From a virus (taxonomy: Duplodnaviria > Heunggongvirae > Uroviricota > Caudoviricetes), in the IMG/VR virus record IMGVR_UViG_3300032665_000003: a stretch of DNA of 64,000 bases. One strand, given 5' to 3'. The position numbers and the translations under genes are program-made. Positions 63,699-64,000 of this stretch are shown here, piece after piece. How positions within the stretch are numbered: the stretch's first letter is position 1; each line of letters begins with the position of its first letter. Below the pieces are notes generated by a model. That model was not told the origin of the DNA. It was given only the letters and a program-made list of their open reading frames with translations, and searched no databases.

Positions 63699-64000
63699 AT
63701 GTCAAATAATACCTTTACCTGCACCGCGTGCGACAAATATTTTCACTCGGAACGCGGACTGCGTTCCCATTTACATTGGCACGATCCTACATATGCAGCC
63801 GCATGTTCTAATAATGGTGAAAATATCAGCAAAGGAATTCGAATAAGAGCTAACAAAGATCGAGAAATTGCAACGAGTTCTTACCTACATAATCCTAAAC
63901 ATTGCAAACAGTGTAATAATCCACTGCCGTATGTTAGAAGAGGAGGTACATACTGCGATCAATCATGTGCTGCTAAATTTAACAACGTTGCTAGAGCCAA
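63699..64000 (+). CDS. C2H2-finger/Zn-ribbon N-terminus of a probable HNH homing endonuclease (runs off window end)
   Basis: Manual translation CTACDKYFHSERGLRSHLHWH...CKQC...YCDQSCAAKFNN; ATAAATA at 63604 and GGAG RBS. Confidence 0.6.
   Translation, partial: MSNNTFTCTACDKYFHSERGLRSHLHWHDPTYAAACSNNGENISKGIRIRANKDREIATSSYLHNPKHCKQCNNPLPYVRRGGTYCDQSCAAKFNNVARA

Noticed and set aside
1-64000. Stop-codon reassignment (TAG/TGA recoding)
   Set aside because: Conserved genes (folE, ligase, clpX, clpP) are full length under code 11; the only in-frame break found is a TAA

Overview
AT-rich, gene-dense 64-kb segment of a large T4-like (probably jumbo) bacteriophage using the standard genetic code. 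It has host sigma70-type early promoters (TTGACA-17-TATAAT) and T4-type late promoters (NATAAATA). Left to right: (i) a putative DNA-modification cluster (glycosyltransferase, folE, queD-like, MBD4-like glycosylase, queE-like, second glycosyltransferase, GP88-like, DenV-like, ParB-like); (ii) a late minus-strand operon of subtilisin-S74 fusion, Cys-rich small protein, PP-loop ATPase and GNAT; (iii) RNase H-like exonuclease, many small early genes, a RelE/YafQ-like toxin pair and ATP-dependent DNA ligase; (iv) ClpX, Hsp20 (with a ROSE-like RNA thermometer), ClpS and ClpP; (v) 69-bp tandem-repeat genes, homing endonucleases, dCMP deaminase, nucleotidase, IF-1, SOD and a kinase-like protein; (vi) tail-fibre-like genes and a papain-like protease; (vii) minus-strand early genes, SleB hydrolase and an HD hydrolase; (viii) three tRNAs preceded by a ~450-nt highly structured promoter-driven noncoding RNA (GOLLD-like), plus other structured RNA candidates. 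Several single-base frameshifts or premature stops suggest either decayed genes or assembly errors. All family assignments come from motif recognition only; no database searches were run.
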